Of a stretch of DNA of 55,359 nt, positions 54,356-55,359 are shown in pieces; position 1 is the first letter of the stretch, and each line of letters opens with the position of its first letter. Both the position numbers and the translations under genes were made by a program. The stretch is from a virus. Its lineage: Duplodnaviria; Caudoviricetes. The notes below the pieces were generated by a model. It had not been told where the DNA came from. It worked only from the letters and a program-made list of their open reading frames with translations, and ran no database searches. The DNA is taken from IMG/VR virus record IMGVR_UViG_3300048580_000268, positions 1 through 55,359 of that record. One strand, given 5' to 3'.

Positions 54356-55138
54356 CTAGGCTTCTCCATCACGAATTTTAGCTAGAGCAATACAGGTCCA
54401 CCACTTCGTTGAATCCCCAAAAATGCCTGCGGCGTCATTCACAGGAAGTTTCATCAACCGACATTTGTTCTGCCACTGAGAAACCGCTTTTGTTGTAGAA
54501 GGACCGTACGACCCGTCAGTAACTAGTTTGGAGTTTGTGATGAGGTTGAGCGCTTCCTGAATAGATTTAACATCTTCTTTGTTTGTGTTGTCTAACGGCA
54601 CTCTGGTTTTTACAGTAGAGATTTTGTTAAACACTAAACCTGCCATGTACCTACGAAAAGCGACCCAGTCAAACTTGGGCTTTGTTTCGATGTAGCCTAA
54701 AATACCAGACCGACGATAAAGTTCCCAAACTCCACCTCCAGTTCTTGAGCCACCAGAATTAGTGTTACCCTCGATGGTCCAGATACGCCCATCGTTTAAC
54801 TTGGCCTTGACAATACCAATGTGGTCCGGCCGATTAGTAAACTGAAAAATGATCATGTCCCCAGGCTTTGGGTTGTATGACCCCCTTGGCCGCCACTGAC
54901 CAGTCTTCTTAGCATGAGCAACCATGGTTGGAACGTAAGCGCATCCCTTAGAAGTCTGTAGAGGAGGAAAAGGACTTCCAGCTTTCCAGAATAACCATGA
55001 CATAAAGATGCAGCACCAAGCAACACCATTCCAACCGAACCAAACGCCATACTTTTGGCGGTTACTATTCCTTGGGTGTTCGACCGTGCCGACTTCTCTT
55101 TGCGCAATATCAAGAATTCCGTTTCCTACTTCAAACAT
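54356..55138 (-). CDS. Endolysin: CHAP amidase plus peptidoglycan-binding domain
   Basis: WCCIFMSW, PGD.IIF, HIGIV, TIEGNT; IQ.ALN, DG.YGP.T..AV..WQ. Confidence 0.88.
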   Translation of the reverse strand: MFEVGNGILDIAQREVGTVEHPRNSNRQKYGVWFGWNGVAWCCIFMSWLFWKAGSPFPPLQTSKGCAYVPTMVAHAKKTGQWRPRGSYNPKPGDMIIFQFTNRPDHIGIVKAKLNDGRIWTIEGNTNSGGSRTGGGVWELYRRSGILGYIETKPKFDWVAFRRYMAGLVFNKISTVKTRVPLDNTNKEDVKSIQEALNLITNSKLVTDGSYGPSTTKAVSQWQNKCRLMKLPVNDAAGIFGDSTKWWTCIALAKIRDGEA

Positions 55139-55283
55139 TGATGTCCTCCGTTACGTTCTGCACTGGTTGATCACCATCATCTTCCGTTGGGGACTTGTCG
55201 ATGTCGCTTGGAATCTCGTTTAGGATCTCCGCGGCAGCAAAAGTCTCTTCCGAGTCTTCATCAATAAACTCTATCTCGGTCAT
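55131..55283 (-). CDS. 50-aa acidic protein MTEIEFIDEDSEE..., first gene
   Basis: Hand-translated; GGAGG RBS; stop overlaps the endolysin start. Confidence 0.6.
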   Translation of the reverse strand: MTEIEFIDEDSEETFAAAEILNEIPSDIDKSPTEDDGDQPVQNVTEDINV

Positions 55284-55359
55284 AAGTTCCTCCTGGTCTA
55301 AAAACATTGTGGGAAAAGTCCCCGCGGGGCAAAATATGAGGGGCGGGCGATGAAGAGGG

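Noticed and set aside
1-55359. Temperate lifestyle or stop-codon recoding
   Set aside because: No integrase or repressor module seen; core genes are intact in the standard code and there is no suppressor tRNA.

Overview
The window looks like an essentially complete ~55.3 kb lytic siphovirus genome, given in reverse orientation: every credible gene is on the minus strand, and the first and last 10 nt are identical. Gene content and order resemble the actinobacteriophage group containing Arthrobacter AM/AU/AW, Streptomyces BI, Gordonia DJ and Rhodococcus CC phages (recognised from memory, not searched). Reading from the right end: CHAP endolysin, putative small terminase, a receptor-binding/fibre module with a high-GC insert, HNH nuclease, terminase, portal, protease-capsid fusion, tail genes (including two extra major-tail-domain fusions), tape measure, holin, conserved unknown genes, a helicase-primase-polymerase fusion, SSB, a ~1 kb ORF-free structured-RNA region with three tRNAs, an array of promoter-ORF-terminator mini-cassettes, helicase, nucleases, and an 886-aa single-subunit two-barrel RNA polymerase-like protein (RDR/YonO-type motifs). 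Main leads: (1) a 13-copy conserved promoter motif driving the cassette array and two small RNAs; (2) a dense multi-domain ncRNA cluster with pseudoknots and a tRNA-like cloverleaf; (3) the RNA polymerase, which shares an N-terminal LEH(Y/F)G motif with three small proteins encoded in the head gene region. RNA structures were paired by eye; no folding or database search was run.
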